NCBI RefSeq assembly: GCF_000737315.1
Contig: NZ_JMCB01000004.1
Location: forward strand, 20,001 to 144,000
DNA from: Hyalangium minutum
GTDB lineage: Bacteria; Myxococcota; Myxococcia; Myxococcales; Myxococcaceae
DNA: 124,000 nucleotides
Direction of reading: 5' to 3'
In this document: positions 92,566 to 102,577 of the stretch, piece by piece
Position numbering within the stretch: position 1 is the first letter of the stretch
Layout of the letters: each line of letters starts with the position of its first letter
The notes under the pieces: generated by a model
What the model was told of the DNA's origin: nothing
The model's database searches: none
The model's input: only the letters and a program-made list of their open reading frames with translations
Position numbers and translations under genes: made by a program

Positions 92566-92900
92566 GCCTCGGTGCCGTCCACGTGATCAGTCCCGGTCAT
92601 CCCGCGTGAGGCCAGGACGATGACCAGGAGGAGGGCCGTCATCGCAAAGCTGATGACGATGGCTGTCAGCACGAGCGCCTGAGGGACCGGATCCGTGTAG
92701 TGGGCGAGGTCCGGTGGGACGCCGTCCGCGAGGATGGGCTCCTTGTCGATGGCCAGGCCGCCGATGCTGAAGATGAAGAGGTTGACCGCGTAGGAGATGA
92801 GCGACAGTCCGACGACCAGCTGGAACGTGCGGGGCCGCAGCAGGAGCCAGACGCCCGAGCCGATCAAGATGCCGATCGCGAGTGCAAGTACAACTTCCAT
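92562..92900 (-). CDS. phaC: Cation/H+ antiporter subunit C
   Basis: DPVPQALVLTAIVISFA. Confidence 0.93.
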   Translation of the reverse strand: MEVVLALAIGILIGSGVWLLLRPRTFQLVVGLSLISYAVNLFIFSIGGLAIDKEPILADGVPPDLAHYTDPVPQALVLTAIVISFAMTALLLVIVLASRGMTGTDHVDGTEA

Positions 92901-95800
92901 CAGTTACCTCCCGAGGCCCGGTGAGCGCGGATGGACTGGTGCGCGAGCGCCACGAGGATGAGCAACGTGGAGCCCAGCACCAGGCAGAACACGCCCAGGT
93001 CGAAGAACAGCGCGCTTCCGATGTGGAGCTCGCCCAGCACCGGCACGCTCAGATGGAAGGTGTGCGAGGTGAGCAGCGGGTACCCGACGGCGAGCGCCCC
93101 CGCGGCCGTGCCGAGGACAAACAGGAGCCCCATGCCTATCAGCGCGCGCGGCGCGAGGCGCACCCGCTGCTCGATCCACTCCGTCCCGGAGACGATGTAC
93201 TGGAGCAGGAAGCCCACCGACATCACCAGCCCTGCCACGAACCCGCCACCCGGCGCGTTGTGTCCACGCAGGAAGAAGAACGCCGCCACGACTCCCGAGA
93301 CGGGCAGGAGCAAGCGGATCAGCACCGCTGGGATTGTCAGGTAACCCGTCGCCGTGTCGCGCGTCTCTCGTGGAGTCACCAGATCTGTCTGCACGTCCTT
93401 CGGCTGCGCCTGCTGTTGAGGAGGGAGCTTCATCACCTCGGACGCGGGCCGGAAGCGCCGCAGGAGCGCGTAGACCGTGAGCGCGACGAGCGAGAGCACC
93501 ACCCCCTCCCCGAAGGTGTCGAACCCGCGGAAGTCCACCAGCATCACGTTCACCACGTTCCGCCCGCCTCCGCCGCTCAGTGAGTGCTCGAGGAAGAAGG
93601 AGGTGCGCTCGGGGAGCTCGCGCGTCATCACCGCATAGGCCAGGAGCGCCATCCCGCAGCCGCTGCTCACCGCGATGATGAAGTCGCGGATTCGCCGGCC
93701 TCTGGCGATCCGCCGGGTATGCGCATCGTACACGCCGCGAGCTGGCTCCCGCGCCGGGAGCCACCTGAGCCCGAGCAGGATGAGCAGCGTCGTCACCACC
93801 TCCACGATGAGCTGGGTGAGCGCCAGATCCGGAGCGGAGAACCAGATGAACGTGATGCAGCTCACCGCGCCCGCGGTCCCCAAGAGCATGAGCGAGGCAA
93901 GCCGGTGGAACTTGGCCTGCCAGGCGGCTCCCACCGCCGCGATGCCTCCGATGACCCACAGCGCGGTGAACACCGGAGAGAGCGGTACCAGCGGGCGATC
94001 TCCCTTGCCGATGCCACCCCACAGCGCCACGACGCCTACCAGCAGCGTGACCAGCACCATCGCCATCAACTGCCGCTGGAGCCCCGCGGTGAGGAGCCAG
94101 CGGCGGATCCACCGGCTCGCCGCGGTGAGCCACGCCAGCAGTGACGTGAAGAGCCGCGCGCCATCGAACCGCTCCACGAAGCGGCCTCCGAGGCCCACCC
94201 GTGCCGCCTTCAGCCGCTGGACCCCCCGGTACAACACCACGCCCCCCCCCAGCGCCAGCGCGCTCATGAGGAGCGGAGGCGTGAACCCATGCCAGAGCTT
94301 GAGGCTGTAGGGGGGGATCTGTCCGCCCACGACCGGCCGGGACGCGGCCTCGAGAATCGGCCCGATCGACACCGCGGGAGCGACGCCCACCACCAGGCAC
94401 AGGAGGACCAGGATCTCGACGGGGACGCGCATCCACTTGGGCGGCTCCTCCGGAACACGCGGGGTGTTCCGCTCGCTGGCGGGTCCGAAGAACACCTGCA
94501 CCGCGAACCGGAGCGAGTAGGCGACGCTCCCCATGCCCGCCAGGGTCGCCGCGATGGGCAGGCCCACCTGGACTGCGGGAATGGCGTCGATGAAGACGGT
94601 CTCGGCGAAGAACATCTCCTTCGACAGGAAGCCATTGAGCAGGGGAACACCCGCCATCGCCGCCGTGGCGACGAGCGCCAGCGTGCCGGTGATGGGCATC
94701 AGGCGGAAGAGCCCCGACAGCCGCCGGATGTCCCGCGTCCCCGTCTCATGATCGATGATGCCCACCGCCATGAACAGCGACGCCTTGAAGGCCGCGTGGT
94801 TCATGATGTGGAACACCGCCGCCACCGCCGCGAGCGGGCTGTTGAGCCCGAGCAGCAGCACCACCAGCCCCAGGTGCGAGATGGTGGAGTATGCGAGCAG
94901 CCCCTTCAGGTCGCGCTGGAACAGCGCCGCCCACGCGCCGAGCAGCAGCGTGACGAGCCCCGCGGAGCCAGTGAGCCAGAACCAGAGCTCCGTCCCAGAC
95001 AGCACCGGCCACAGCCGCGCCAGCAGGAACACGCCCAGCTTCACCATGGTCGCCGAGTGCAGATACGCCGACACCGGCGTGGGCGCCGCCATCGCGTTCG
95101 GGAGCCAGAAGTGGAAGGGGAACTGGGCGCTCTTGGTGAACGCGCCGATGAGGATGAGGCAGAGCGCCACCGGGTAGAGGGGATGGGACTGGACTGCCTG
95201 CGCGCTCCCGAGGACGGTGTCCAGTTCGTAGCTGCCGGCAATCTTCCCGAGCACCAGCAGCCCCGCGAGGAGGCTCAGGCCGCCCATACCGGTGACCGTG
95301 AGCGCCATCCGGGCCCCCCGCTGTGCGTCCTTCCGCTGGTTCCAGTAGCCAATGAGCAGGAACGAGAAGAGGGACGTCAGCTCCCAGAAGAAGGCAAGCT
95401 GCAGCAAATTTCCCGAGAGGGCCACGCCCAGCATCGCCCCCATGAAGGCCAGCAGGAAGGCGAAGAACCTGGGCACGGGATCCGACGGTGAGAGGTAGTA
95501 GCGCGCATACAGCATCACCAGCGCGCCGATGCCCAGCACGAGCACGCAGAAGGTCCACGAGAAGCCGTCGAGCCGCAGCACGAGGCTGAGCCCGAGCGAG
95601 GGGACCCACGCGAAGCGCTCGGCCCACACGCCCCCGTCCTGGACGCTCGGGAAGTGGAGCGCCACGCCCACGAGGCCCGCCAGCGCGGTGAGCCCCGCGA
95701 GCCCCGCTGCGCGGTTCCGGGCACTCGTGGGCAGCAATGCCGCGATGACACCGGCAACCCAGGGAATGACCAGGAGGGCAAGGAGGGGCATCCCTGGCAT
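92900..95800 (-). CDS. phaA: Cation/H+ antiporter fused subunit A/B
   Basis: FWELTSL.SFLLIG, KSAQFPFHFWLP.AM.APTPVSAYLHSATMVK, DFRGFDT.GE and HNAPGGGF. Start moved to 95800 (or 95791). Confidence 0.94.
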   Translation of the reverse strand: MPGMPLLALLVIPWVAGVIAALLPTSARNRAAGLAGLTALAGLVGVALHFPSVQDGGVWAERFAWVPSLGLSLVLRLDGFSWTFCVLVLGIGALVMLYARYYLSPSDPVPRFFAFLLAFMGAMLGVALSGNLLQLAFFWELTSLFSFLLIGYWNQRKDAQRGARMALTVTGMGGLSLLAGLLVLGKIAGSYELDTVLGSAQAVQSHPLYPVALCLILIGAFTKSAQFPFHFWLPNAMAAPTPVSAYLHSATMVKLGVFLLARLWPVLSGTELWFWLTGSAGLVTLLLGAWAALFQRDLKGLLAYSTISHLGLVVLLLGLNSPLAAVAAVFHIMNHAAFKASLFMAVGIIDHETGTRDIRRLSGLFRLMPITGTLALVATAAMAGVPLLNGFLSKEMFFAETVFIDAIPAVQVGLPIAATLAGMGSVAYSLRFAVQVFFGPASERNTPRVPEEPPKWMRVPVEILVLLCLVVGVAPAVSIGPILEAASRPVVGGQIPPYSLKLWHGFTPPLLMSALALGGGVVLYRGVQRLKAARVGLGGRFVERFDGARLFTSLLAWLTAASRWIRRWLLTAGLQRQLMAMVLVTLLVGVVALWGGIGKGDRPLVPLSPVFTALWVIGGIAAVGAAWQAKFHRLASLMLLGTAGAVSCITFIWFSAPDLALTQLIVEVVTTLLILLGLRWLPAREPARGVYDAHTRRIARGRRIRDFIIAVSSGCGMALLAYAVMTRELPERTSFFLEHSLSGGGGRNVVNVMLVDFRGFDTFGEGVVLSLVALTVYALLRRFRPASEVMKLPPQQQAQPKDVQTDLVTPRETRDTATGYLTIPAVLIRLLLPVSGVVAAFFFLRGHNAPGGGFVAGLVMSVGFLLQYIVSGTEWIEQRVRLAPRALIGMGLLFVLGTAAGALAVGYPLLTSHTFHLSVPVLGELHIGSALFFDLGVFCLVLGSTLLILVALAHQSIRAHRASGGN

Positions 95801-95996
95801 TGCGCCAACCTGTTCGTTCCCACGGCAAGCAGTAATGAGAAGAAAGGCGGCGGAGGGCGTTGGGTAAGTAACGGATGGAGCGCCGTGGGAGGCCTTGGCG
95901 ACCAGCCCTTGAGGGTCTGTCCGAGGAGCACGCGGCACGACAGCCCTTGTGGCCCCTCCTCCTGCGCCCCACTTCTTTCCGTAGGAGAGACCTTCC

Positions 95997-96680
95997 ATGG
96001 TGCGTTTTCGAGATCGCTTCGAGGCGGGCCGTGTTCTCGCTGGGCGTCTGCACGCCTATGCCGGCCGCGGCGATGTGCTCGTGCTGGCGCTGCCACGTGG
96101 CGGCGTTCCCGTGGGCTTCGAGGTCGCGCGGAGGCTCGGTGCGCCTCTGGACGTGTTCGTGGTGCGCAAGCTCGGCACGCCGGGCCACGAGGAGCTGGCC
96201 ATGGGGGCCATCGCCACGGGGGGCGTCCGGGTCCTCAACGAGGACGTCGTCGAGAGCCTCAACATCCCCGAGAGGGCCATCGCGCGCGCCACCGAGCGCG
96301 AGGAGCTGGAGCTGGCCCGGAGGGAGCGGCTCTTCCGGGGCAGCAGACCGCCGCCCCGCATCGAGGGCCAGACGGTGATTCTCGTGGATGACGGGCTGGC
96401 CACCGGCTCCACCATGCGGGCTGGGCTCATGGCGCTGCGCCAGCGGGCGCCCGCTCGCCTCGTGGCCGCCGTCCCCGTGGGCGCCCCCGAGACATGTGCG
96501 GAACTCCAGGAGCTTGCAGACGAGGTGATCTGCGCCATCACGCCCGAGCCCTTCTTCGCGGTGGGCCAGTGGTACGGGGACTTCATGCAGACCTCCGACG
96601 AAGAGGTGTACGAACTGCTGGAGCGCGCGGCGCACGAGCATGAGGAGCGAGGGGCGGGGGCCTCTCCAGAAGCCCCTTGA
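95997..96680 (+). CDS. Phosphoribosyltransferase family protein
   Basis: FRDR.EAG..LA, LPRGGVPV, VDDGLATG.T and FFAVGQWY.DF. Confidence 0.9.
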   Translation: MVRFRDRFEAGRVLAGRLHAYAGRGDVLVLALPRGGVPVGFEVARRLGAPLDVFVVRKLGTPGHEELAMGAIATGGVRVLNEDVVESLNIPERAIARATEREELELARRERLFRGSRPPPRIEGQTVILVDDGLATGSTMRAGLMALRQRAPARLVAAVPVGAPETCAELQELADEVICAITPEPFFAVGQWYGDFMQTSDEEVYELLERAAHEHEERGAGASPEAP

Positions 96681-96740
96681 GCCCAGCGGGAGAGGCGTGC
96701 GGCAGGTGCCTGCCCCGCCTGAAGAGCGGAGGGACAGACC

Positions 96741-97445
96741 ATGGCGGAGCGCGGTGTCACGGAACACGAGGTGCAGGTCGAGGCGGAGCCCGGTGTGCGG
96801 CTGGAGGGCACCTTGAGCGTGCCGGAGATGGCCTTGGGCGTGGTGCTGTTCGCCCACGGCAGTGGCAGTAGCCGGTTCAGTCCTCGCAACCGGTACGTCG
96901 CCAGCGTGCTCCAGCGTGCGGGGTTGGCGACGCTCCTCATCGATCTGCTGACGGCGGGCGAGGAGGAATCCGAGCGGTGGACGCGCCACTTGCGCTTCGA
97001 CATCGAACTGCTGGCGCGGCGGCTCATCGGAGCCAAGCAGTGGCTGATGCAGGCGCCGGAGCTGCGAGGACAGTCCATCGGCTTGTTCGGGTCGAGCACG
97101 GGGGCGGCGGCTGCGCTCGTGGCCGCGGCGCGTGAGCCCGAGTCCATGGGTGCCGTGGTGTCTCGGGGAGGCCGGCCAGACCTGGCGGGCCTCGTGCTGC
97201 CCCATGTGCGGGCGCCCACGCTGCTCATCGTGGGCGGGGACGACGTGGAGGTGCTGGAGCTCAACCGCGAGGCGTTGGATGCGCTGCGCACCGTCAAGCG
97301 GTTGGAGGTGGTTCCGGGGGCGAGCCACCTCTTCGAGGAGCCGGGGACGCTCGAGCAGGTAGCCAGGCTGGCCCGGGACTGGTTCCTCCAGCAGTTTGCC
97401 GCCGCTTCGCGCGAGAGCCCGGCGGGCGAGCCGCCGTCCTGGTGA
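96741..97445 (+). CDS. Dienelactone hydrolase-like alpha/beta hydrolase
   Basis: FAHGSGSSR.SPRN, FGSSTG, VSRGGRPDL and GASHLFEE. Confidence 0.9.
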   Translation: MAERGVTEHEVQVEAEPGVRLEGTLSVPEMALGVVLFAHGSGSSRFSPRNRYVASVLQRAGLATLLIDLLTAGEEESERWTRHLRFDIELLARRLIGAKQWLMQAPELRGQSIGLFGSSTGAAAALVAAAREPESMGAVVSRGGRPDLAGLVLPHVRAPTLLIVGGDDVEVLELNREALDALRTVKRLEVVPGASHLFEEPGTLEQVARLARDWFLQQFAAASRESPAGEPPSW

Positions 97446-97594
97446 AGCGCCAGGACCCTGGCAAAATGCCTGGGTGGGTGTGGCACGTTGCCACGGTCTC
97501 TCGTGCCTTGAGGTGGAGTCACGTGGGCGGTCACGCAGGTTCGTAAGTTGCTAAGGATGGCGGCCCCCCCTTGGGACGTTGAGCAGTCCACTCC

Positions 97595-99715
97595 ATGCGC
97601 CATCCTCTGGTCCCCATCCTCCTGCTCTGTGCCGCGCTCGCCGCTGTGGGAGGAGGCGTGCTCATGGTCCTCCAGCGCAGCCGCGCCGAGCTGGTGCAGC
97701 AGTTTGCCCGCGACCGTCAGGCCCAGCTCGATGAGGCGGCTCGGGGTGTGGCCGAGGCACTGGAGGACGTCAGCGAGGATCTCCTCTTCGCCGGAGAGCT
97801 CCTCTCCCAACCCGGAACCTCCGAAGATCATCGGCGCGAGCTGAGGGCCCTGTTGGAGGTCATCGGTCAGTACAAGACCATTGCCTCCTATGACGCGGCC
97901 GGCATCGAGCAGCTCCGGCTGGTGGATCGGCGTGCCGACCCCCTGGTCGTCCAGGGAAAGTTCTTCCCCGCCCTCTCGGAGACTGCGCTCCGGGCGCTTG
98001 AGCGGCCCCCAGGGGACATCACCAGCTCTCCGCCTCTGGCCGTCGGCGCGGAGGGGGGCTGGCTGCGCATCCTCGCCACCGCGATCCCCAGCGAGGAAGG
98101 CCAGCCTCGAGGTGCTGTCGCCGTCCTGGTGGACACGCAGTCCCTCTTCGCTCCGCTCAAGATCGTCACCTCGGATCCCGAGGCACGTCTGCTGCTCATC
98201 GGCGCGCACGGACGGCCCAGCCCTGCCAGTGATGCAGGGCTCGCTGACTGGTACCGGCGGCTGGAGACAGAGCAGGGGCTCGTCCCCACGTACGCCGAGC
98301 TGGCCTCGAAGATGAAGAGTGGCGAGCGCGGCACGCTGATGATCAGCGAGCAAGAAGCGGAACGGCTGGGCCTGGGAAGGGCCGAGGCCGTCGCCGCCTT
98401 CACCGCCATGCAGCTCAAGGGCGGCAGCCACTGGTCCGCCGCCACCCTGGTCTCCACCCATACACTGCGCTCCCACGAGCGGGGGCTCATCTTCCGTCTG
98501 TCGCTGGCGGCCCTCCTGGTGACGCTGTTCCTGGTGGCGTTCGGGATCTACGTCTTCGTGGCCCAGCGCCGCGCTGTAGCCCTGCGCGAGAGCCGCCGGC
98601 ATGCGGATCGGCTCGCGCACCTGCACGACAAGACCCAGAAGATCCTCGACAACATCCCCACTGGGGTGCTGGCCCTGACCGCCGAAGGACGCATCAGCGC
98701 TGTGAACCAGGCCCTGCGCTCCCGGATGCCCTCCCGTGTCGTCGGCATCTCCCTGGCCGAGGCCTTCCCCCATGCGCCCGAGCCGGTGATGAGCCGGATG
98801 CAGGGGCTCGTGGAGGCCGCCACCCGTGAGACCCGTGTGCGCAGCCTCTTGGGAGAACCGCTGGCCCTCTTCGGCGAGGAAGGCCAGTACAGCATCCACG
98901 CCGTGCCGCTGGAGGCCCGCGAGCCCGAGGTGCGCACGCTCCTCGTCGTCGAGGATCTCAGCAACCTCCGCGCCCTGGAGACCCAGCTCCTGCGCGCCGA
99001 GAAGTTCGCCACCGTGGGCGTACTCGCCGCGGGCATTGCTCACGAGATCGGCACGCCCCTGGGCGTGGTCCGAGGCCGCGCGGAGTATGTCCTCGGCAAG
99101 CTGGGCTCAGGCCATCCTCAGGCAGCCGGTGTGGGCGTCATCATCGAGCAAATCGATCATGTGAGCCGGACCATCCGCCAGCTGCTCGACTTCTCGCGGC
99201 TCCAGCCCGCGGCGGTGCGTCCGGTGGCGCTCGGGCCGCTGCTGCGCGACGTGAGCGAGCTGCTCCGCCTGGAGGCCGAGCGGCGTCAGGTCCGCCTCGA
99301 GTGGGAGCTCCCAGAGGGAGTGCCCGCGATCGCCGCTGATCCCGATCAGATCCAGCAGGTGCTCGTGAACCTGGCGCTCAATGCGTGTGATGCGTGCAGT
99401 GCCGGAGGCCGTGTCCGCCTGAAGGCCGCGGCGCCGGATGCGTCCTCCTCGAGCGCCTGGGGGCTCGTGCCGGTCACCGTCGAGGACGATGGGTGCGGAA
99501 TTCCGCCGGAGAGTCTCAACCAGGTGTTTGATCCCTTCTTCACGACGAAGAAGCGAGGGCAGGGAACCGGGCTCGGCTTGACGGTGGTCGCGCACGTCGT
99601 CCGCAACCATGGTGGGCGGGTGGAACTGGAGAGCAAGCCCGGGCGTGGCACGTGTGTCACCGTGCTCTGGCCCGCGGCGGGGCCCGCCGTGACAGAGGAG
99701 CAGCATGGCATCTAA
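97595..99715 (+). CDS. Membrane sensor histidine kinase (Cache-PAS)
   Basis: Two TM segments, PAS, HEIGTPL, NLALNA and GTGLGL. Confidence 0.92.
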   Translation: MRHPLVPILLLCAALAAVGGGVLMVLQRSRAELVQQFARDRQAQLDEAARGVAEALEDVSEDLLFAGELLSQPGTSEDHRRELRALLEVIGQYKTIASYDAAGIEQLRLVDRRADPLVVQGKFFPALSETALRALERPPGDITSSPPLAVGAEGGWLRILATAIPSEEGQPRGAVAVLVDTQSLFAPLKIVTSDPEARLLLIGAHGRPSPASDAGLADWYRRLETEQGLVPTYAELASKMKSGERGTLMISEQEAERLGLGRAEAVAAFTAMQLKGGSHWSAATLVSTHTLRSHERGLIFRLSLAALLVTLFLVAFGIYVFVAQRRAVALRESRRHADRLAHLHDKTQKILDNIPTGVLALTAEGRISAVNQALRSRMPSRVVGISLAEAFPHAPEPVMSRMQGLVEAATRETRVRSLLGEPLALFGEEGQYSIHAVPLEAREPEVRTLLVVEDLSNLRALETQLLRAEKFATVGVLAAGIAHEIGTPLGVVRGRAEYVLGKLGSGHPQAAGVGVIIEQIDHVSRTIRQLLDFSRLQPAAVRPVALGPLLRDVSELLRLEAERRQVRLEWELPEGVPAIAADPDQIQQVLVNLALNACDACSAGGRVRLKAAAPDASSSSAWGLVPVTVEDDGCGIPPESLNQVFDPFFTTKKRGQGTGLGLTVVAHVVRNHGGRVELESKPGRGTCVTVLWPAAGPAVTEEQHGI

Positions 99716-101078
99716 GGAACGCATCCTGGTCGTCGACGACCACGTGGAGATGGGGCGGATGCTTCAGGATCCCCTCACGGACGAGGGGTATGAAGTGGAG
99801 CTCGCCACGGGAGGCTCGGAGGCCATCCGGCTCGTGCGTGCCCGCCCGTTCGACGCGGTCCTGAGCGATCTGCGCATGGAGCAGGTGGACGGCTTCGACG
99901 TGCTGGCCGCGGTGCGCGCCATGGACCCCGAGGTGCCCGTGCTGCTGATGACGGCCTTCGGGAACGTCGAGAGCGCGGTGGAGGCGATGCGGCGGGGCGC
100001 CTGGCACTACTTCACCAAGCCCTTTCGGCTGGAGGAGGTGCTCATCTACCTGCGCCGGGCCCTGGACGAGCGGCGGCTGCGCGCGGAGAACCGGGTGCTG
100101 CGCAAGGCCGCGGGGCCGGGCGGACTCGGGGCGCTGGTGGGCCGGAGCGCCGCCATGCGCAGCCTGTACGAGATGATCGAGCCCGTGGCCCACTCGGGTG
100201 CACCCGTGCTGCTCCGGGGCGAGAGCGGCAGCGGCAAGGAGCTGGTGGCGCGGGCGCTGCACTCGGAGGGGCCTCGGGCCGCCGAGCCCTTCGTGGCCGT
100301 CAACTGCACCGCTCTGCCGCACGCACTGCTGGAGAGCGAGCTGTTCGGCCACGTGAAGGGCGCCTTCACCGGGGCCACGACGCCCCGGCGGGGGCTCTTC
100401 GTCGAGGCGGACAAGGGCACGCTCTTCCTGGACGAGATCGGCGACATGCCCTCCGAGCTCCAGGCCAAGCTGCTGCGGGTGCTGGAGGACGGCGAGGTGC
100501 GCGCGGTGGGCGCGGATTCCAGCCGCAAGGTGGAGGTGCGCATCGTCGCGGCCACCCACCAGGACCTGGAGATGCGGGTCCGCGAGGGCCGCTTCCGGGC
100601 GGATCTCTTCTACCGCCTCAACGTCGTCACCCTGCGGATTCCGCCCCTGCGCGAGCGGCGCGAGGACATTCCGCTGCTCGTGGAGCACTTCGTCTCGCGG
100701 GCCCGTGCGAGGAACCCCCGCTCCAAGGTGACGGCGCTGTCGCCCGAGGTGGTCTCCGCGCTGGGCGCCATGCCGTGGCCGGGCAATGTGCGCGAGCTGG
100801 AGAACCTGGTCGAGCGGCTGGTGGTGCTCATTCCCCGGGAGATGGTGGAGGTGGGCGATCTCCGGCTTCACGCACCGGCGGTGAGTCCCGAAGCCCACCC
100901 GCTCGCCCTGGCCCAGGAGGGGGTGTGGCCCCTGCGCCAGCTCGAGGGCGAGTACATCTCCTGGGTGGTGGCCCACTGTGGGGGCAACAAGACGCGGGCG
101001 GCGGAGCTGCTCGGCATCGATGTCTCCACCATCCACCGCCGCGAGCGGGAGAGGGGTTCTGGCAATCCGCCACGGTGA
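99705..101078 (+). CDS. Sigma54-dependent NtrC-type response regulator
   Basis: Receiver, GESGSGKE, ELFGH.KGAFTGA, PGNVREL and a Fis-type HTH. Confidence 0.96.
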   Translation: MASKERILVVDDHVEMGRMLQDPLTDEGYEVELATGGSEAIRLVRARPFDAVLSDLRMEQVDGFDVLAAVRAMDPEVPVLLMTAFGNVESAVEAMRRGAWHYFTKPFRLEEVLIYLRRALDERRLRAENRVLRKAAGPGGLGALVGRSAAMRSLYEMIEPVAHSGAPVLLRGESGSGKELVARALHSEGPRAAEPFVAVNCTALPHALLESELFGHVKGAFTGATTPRRGLFVEADKGTLFLDEIGDMPSELQAKLLRVLEDGEVRAVGADSSRKVEVRIVAATHQDLEMRVREGRFRADLFYRLNVVTLRIPPLRERREDIPLLVEHFVSRARARNPRSKVTALSPEVVSALGAMPWPGNVRELENLVERLVVLIPREMVEVGDLRLHAPAVSPEAHPLALAQEGVWPLRQLEGEYISWVVAHCGGNKTRAAELLGIDVSTIHRRERERGSGNPPR

Positions 101079-101138
101079 GGGTGGCGGGATACCAGGGTGG
101101 ACGGTGGGAGGAGGGGGACTCCCGAGGGAGGAGGGCTC

Positions 101139-101154
101139 GGGCACGGACGTTGCT
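101139..101154 (+). promoter_or_regulatory. Possible sigma54 (-24/-12) promoter
   Basis: GGGCACG-GACG-TTGCT has correct GG-N10-GC spacing, but it is very close to the ATG at 101167. Confidence 0.4.
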
Positions 101155-101166
101155 TCAACGAGGGGC

Positions 101167-101694
101167 ATGCGCTCATACCTTCTTCCCCTCGTCCTGCTCG
101201 CGATTGGCGCGAGCGCCTGTGCCACGAAGACCGCGGCGACCACCTCCACGGAGGGCGTCTCCTCGGTGGACACCTCGCCGCGTCCCGGCCCGGTGAAGCC
101301 CGCTCCGGCGCCCGCGCCGGTGGCCGAGCTGTCACCGCTGGACTTCGGCCCCATCTACTACGAGCTGGACTCGGCGACCCTGCGGGCGGACTCGCGGGAG
101401 ATGCTCGAGCGGGCCGCGGAGGCCCTGCGGAAGCGTCCCGAGGCGCGCGTGACGATCTCCGGGCACACCTGTGAGCTGGGCACCACCGAGTACAACCTGG
101501 CGCTGGGCCAGCGGCGGGCCGCCTCCGCTCGGGACTACATGGTGAAGCTCGGCGTGGAGCCGGCGCGCATCGGTCTCGTGTCCTATGGCGAGGAGCGTCC
101601 GGCCGAGCAGGGCACGGGCGAGAGTGTCTGGTCCAAGAACCGCCGCAGCGAGTTCACGGTCACTGTGGCCCACGCCCGGGCGGGTACGCCGTAG
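101167..101694 (+). CDS. OmpA/Pal-family peptidoglycan-binding lipoprotein
   Basis: Lipobox ASAC; GHTCELGT.EYNLALGQRRA, SYGEERP and NRRSEF. Confidence 0.92.
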   Translation: MRSYLLPLVLLAIGASACATKTAATTSTEGVSSVDTSPRPGPVKPAPAPAPVAELSPLDFGPIYYELDSATLRADSREMLERAAEALRKRPEARVTISGHTCELGTTEYNLALGQRRAASARDYMVKLGVEPARIGLVSYGEERPAEQGTGESVWSKNRRSEFTVTVAHARAGTP

Positions 101695-101696
101695 CC

Positions 101697-102074
101697 GTGG
101701 GGGCTCGACAGGCCGGTCAGGCGCTGCTGTTGGGCGCCGACGAGTCACTGGCCGCGCTCCTGGCGGATGTTCTCTCGGAGGTGGGCATCTCCCTGCACGT
101801 GGGGGAAGGGCCTCCCGCTCGTCCGGATCTCGTGCTCGTCCAGATCGAGCGCGGCGAGAGCCTCCTGAGCGCGCTGCAGGGCGCCCGGGATGGGACGTAC
101901 CCGGCACCGGTCTTCGTCCTGCTGCCGTTCGCGGACGATCGAATGATGCAGCGCGCGCTGCGGCTGGGCGCTCGGGGGTGCTTCGCGCTCGGGCAGCCGC
102001 TCGAAGTGCTGCGGCGGATGGTGCTCTCGGTGCTCCCCGCCGTGGGTCCGCTCGCGCCCAAGAGGATTCGATGA
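101697..102074 (+). CDS. Degenerate receiver-like small protein
   Basis: PDLVLV, ALRLGARG.F pattern, without acidic pocket residues. Confidence 0.55.
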   Translation: MGARQAGQALLLGADESLAALLADVLSEVGISLHVGEGPPARPDLVLVQIERGESLLSALQGARDGTYPAPVFVLLPFADDRMMQRALRLGARGCFALGQPLEVLRRMVLSVLPAVGPLAPKRIR

Positions 102075-102535
102075 GTGATTCCGAGCAGGTGACAGGACCT
102101 CAGTTGGGGCAAGAGGAGACTCTCCTCTTCAACGAACAGGGCGTGCTCGTCACGAGCGAGCGCGTGGTCGCCTCCGGCCGCACGTGGCGAGTGGGCGAGC
102201 TGGTCGGGGTGGGCTCCATTCGCCGCAGTCCGCGCGTCCTCCCCTGGCTGGTGATCCTGGTGCTGGGCGCGATCGTGGGGTTGCCGGTGCTCAGCTCGCT
102301 CCTGGTCAGCCCCCACGCGCCGGGCAGCCTGAGCTACGACGTGGTGCTGGCGCTGGCGGGGACGGCCATCTTCGCCTCCATCGCTGCGCTCGTGGTGGTG
102401 GGAGACAGCTACTGGCTCGTGCTGCGCACGCGGCAGCGAGAAGGGCACGTTCTCCGCAGCCGGGACCCCCAGCTCATCTCGAAGCTGGTGACCGTGGTGG
102501 GCGAGGCCGCGGAGGCCGCGCGCCAGCGGCGCTGA
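102071..102535 (+). CDS. Hypothetical 2-TM membrane protein (DUF6232-like)
   Basis: ATG 102071 after an AGAGG SD; VLVTSERVV..GRTW pattern followed by two TM segments. Confidence 0.7.
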   Translation: MSDSEQVTGPQLGQEETLLFNEQGVLVTSERVVASGRTWRVGELVGVGSIRRSPRVLPWLVILVLGAIVGLPVLSSLLVSPHAPGSLSYDVVLALAGTAIFASIAALVVVGDSYWLVLRTRQREGHVLRSRDPQLISKLVTVVGEAAEAARQRR

Positions 102536-102577
102536 GCAGGCAGAGCAGGCCGGGGCTGGGAGGCCCCGGGCGAGACG

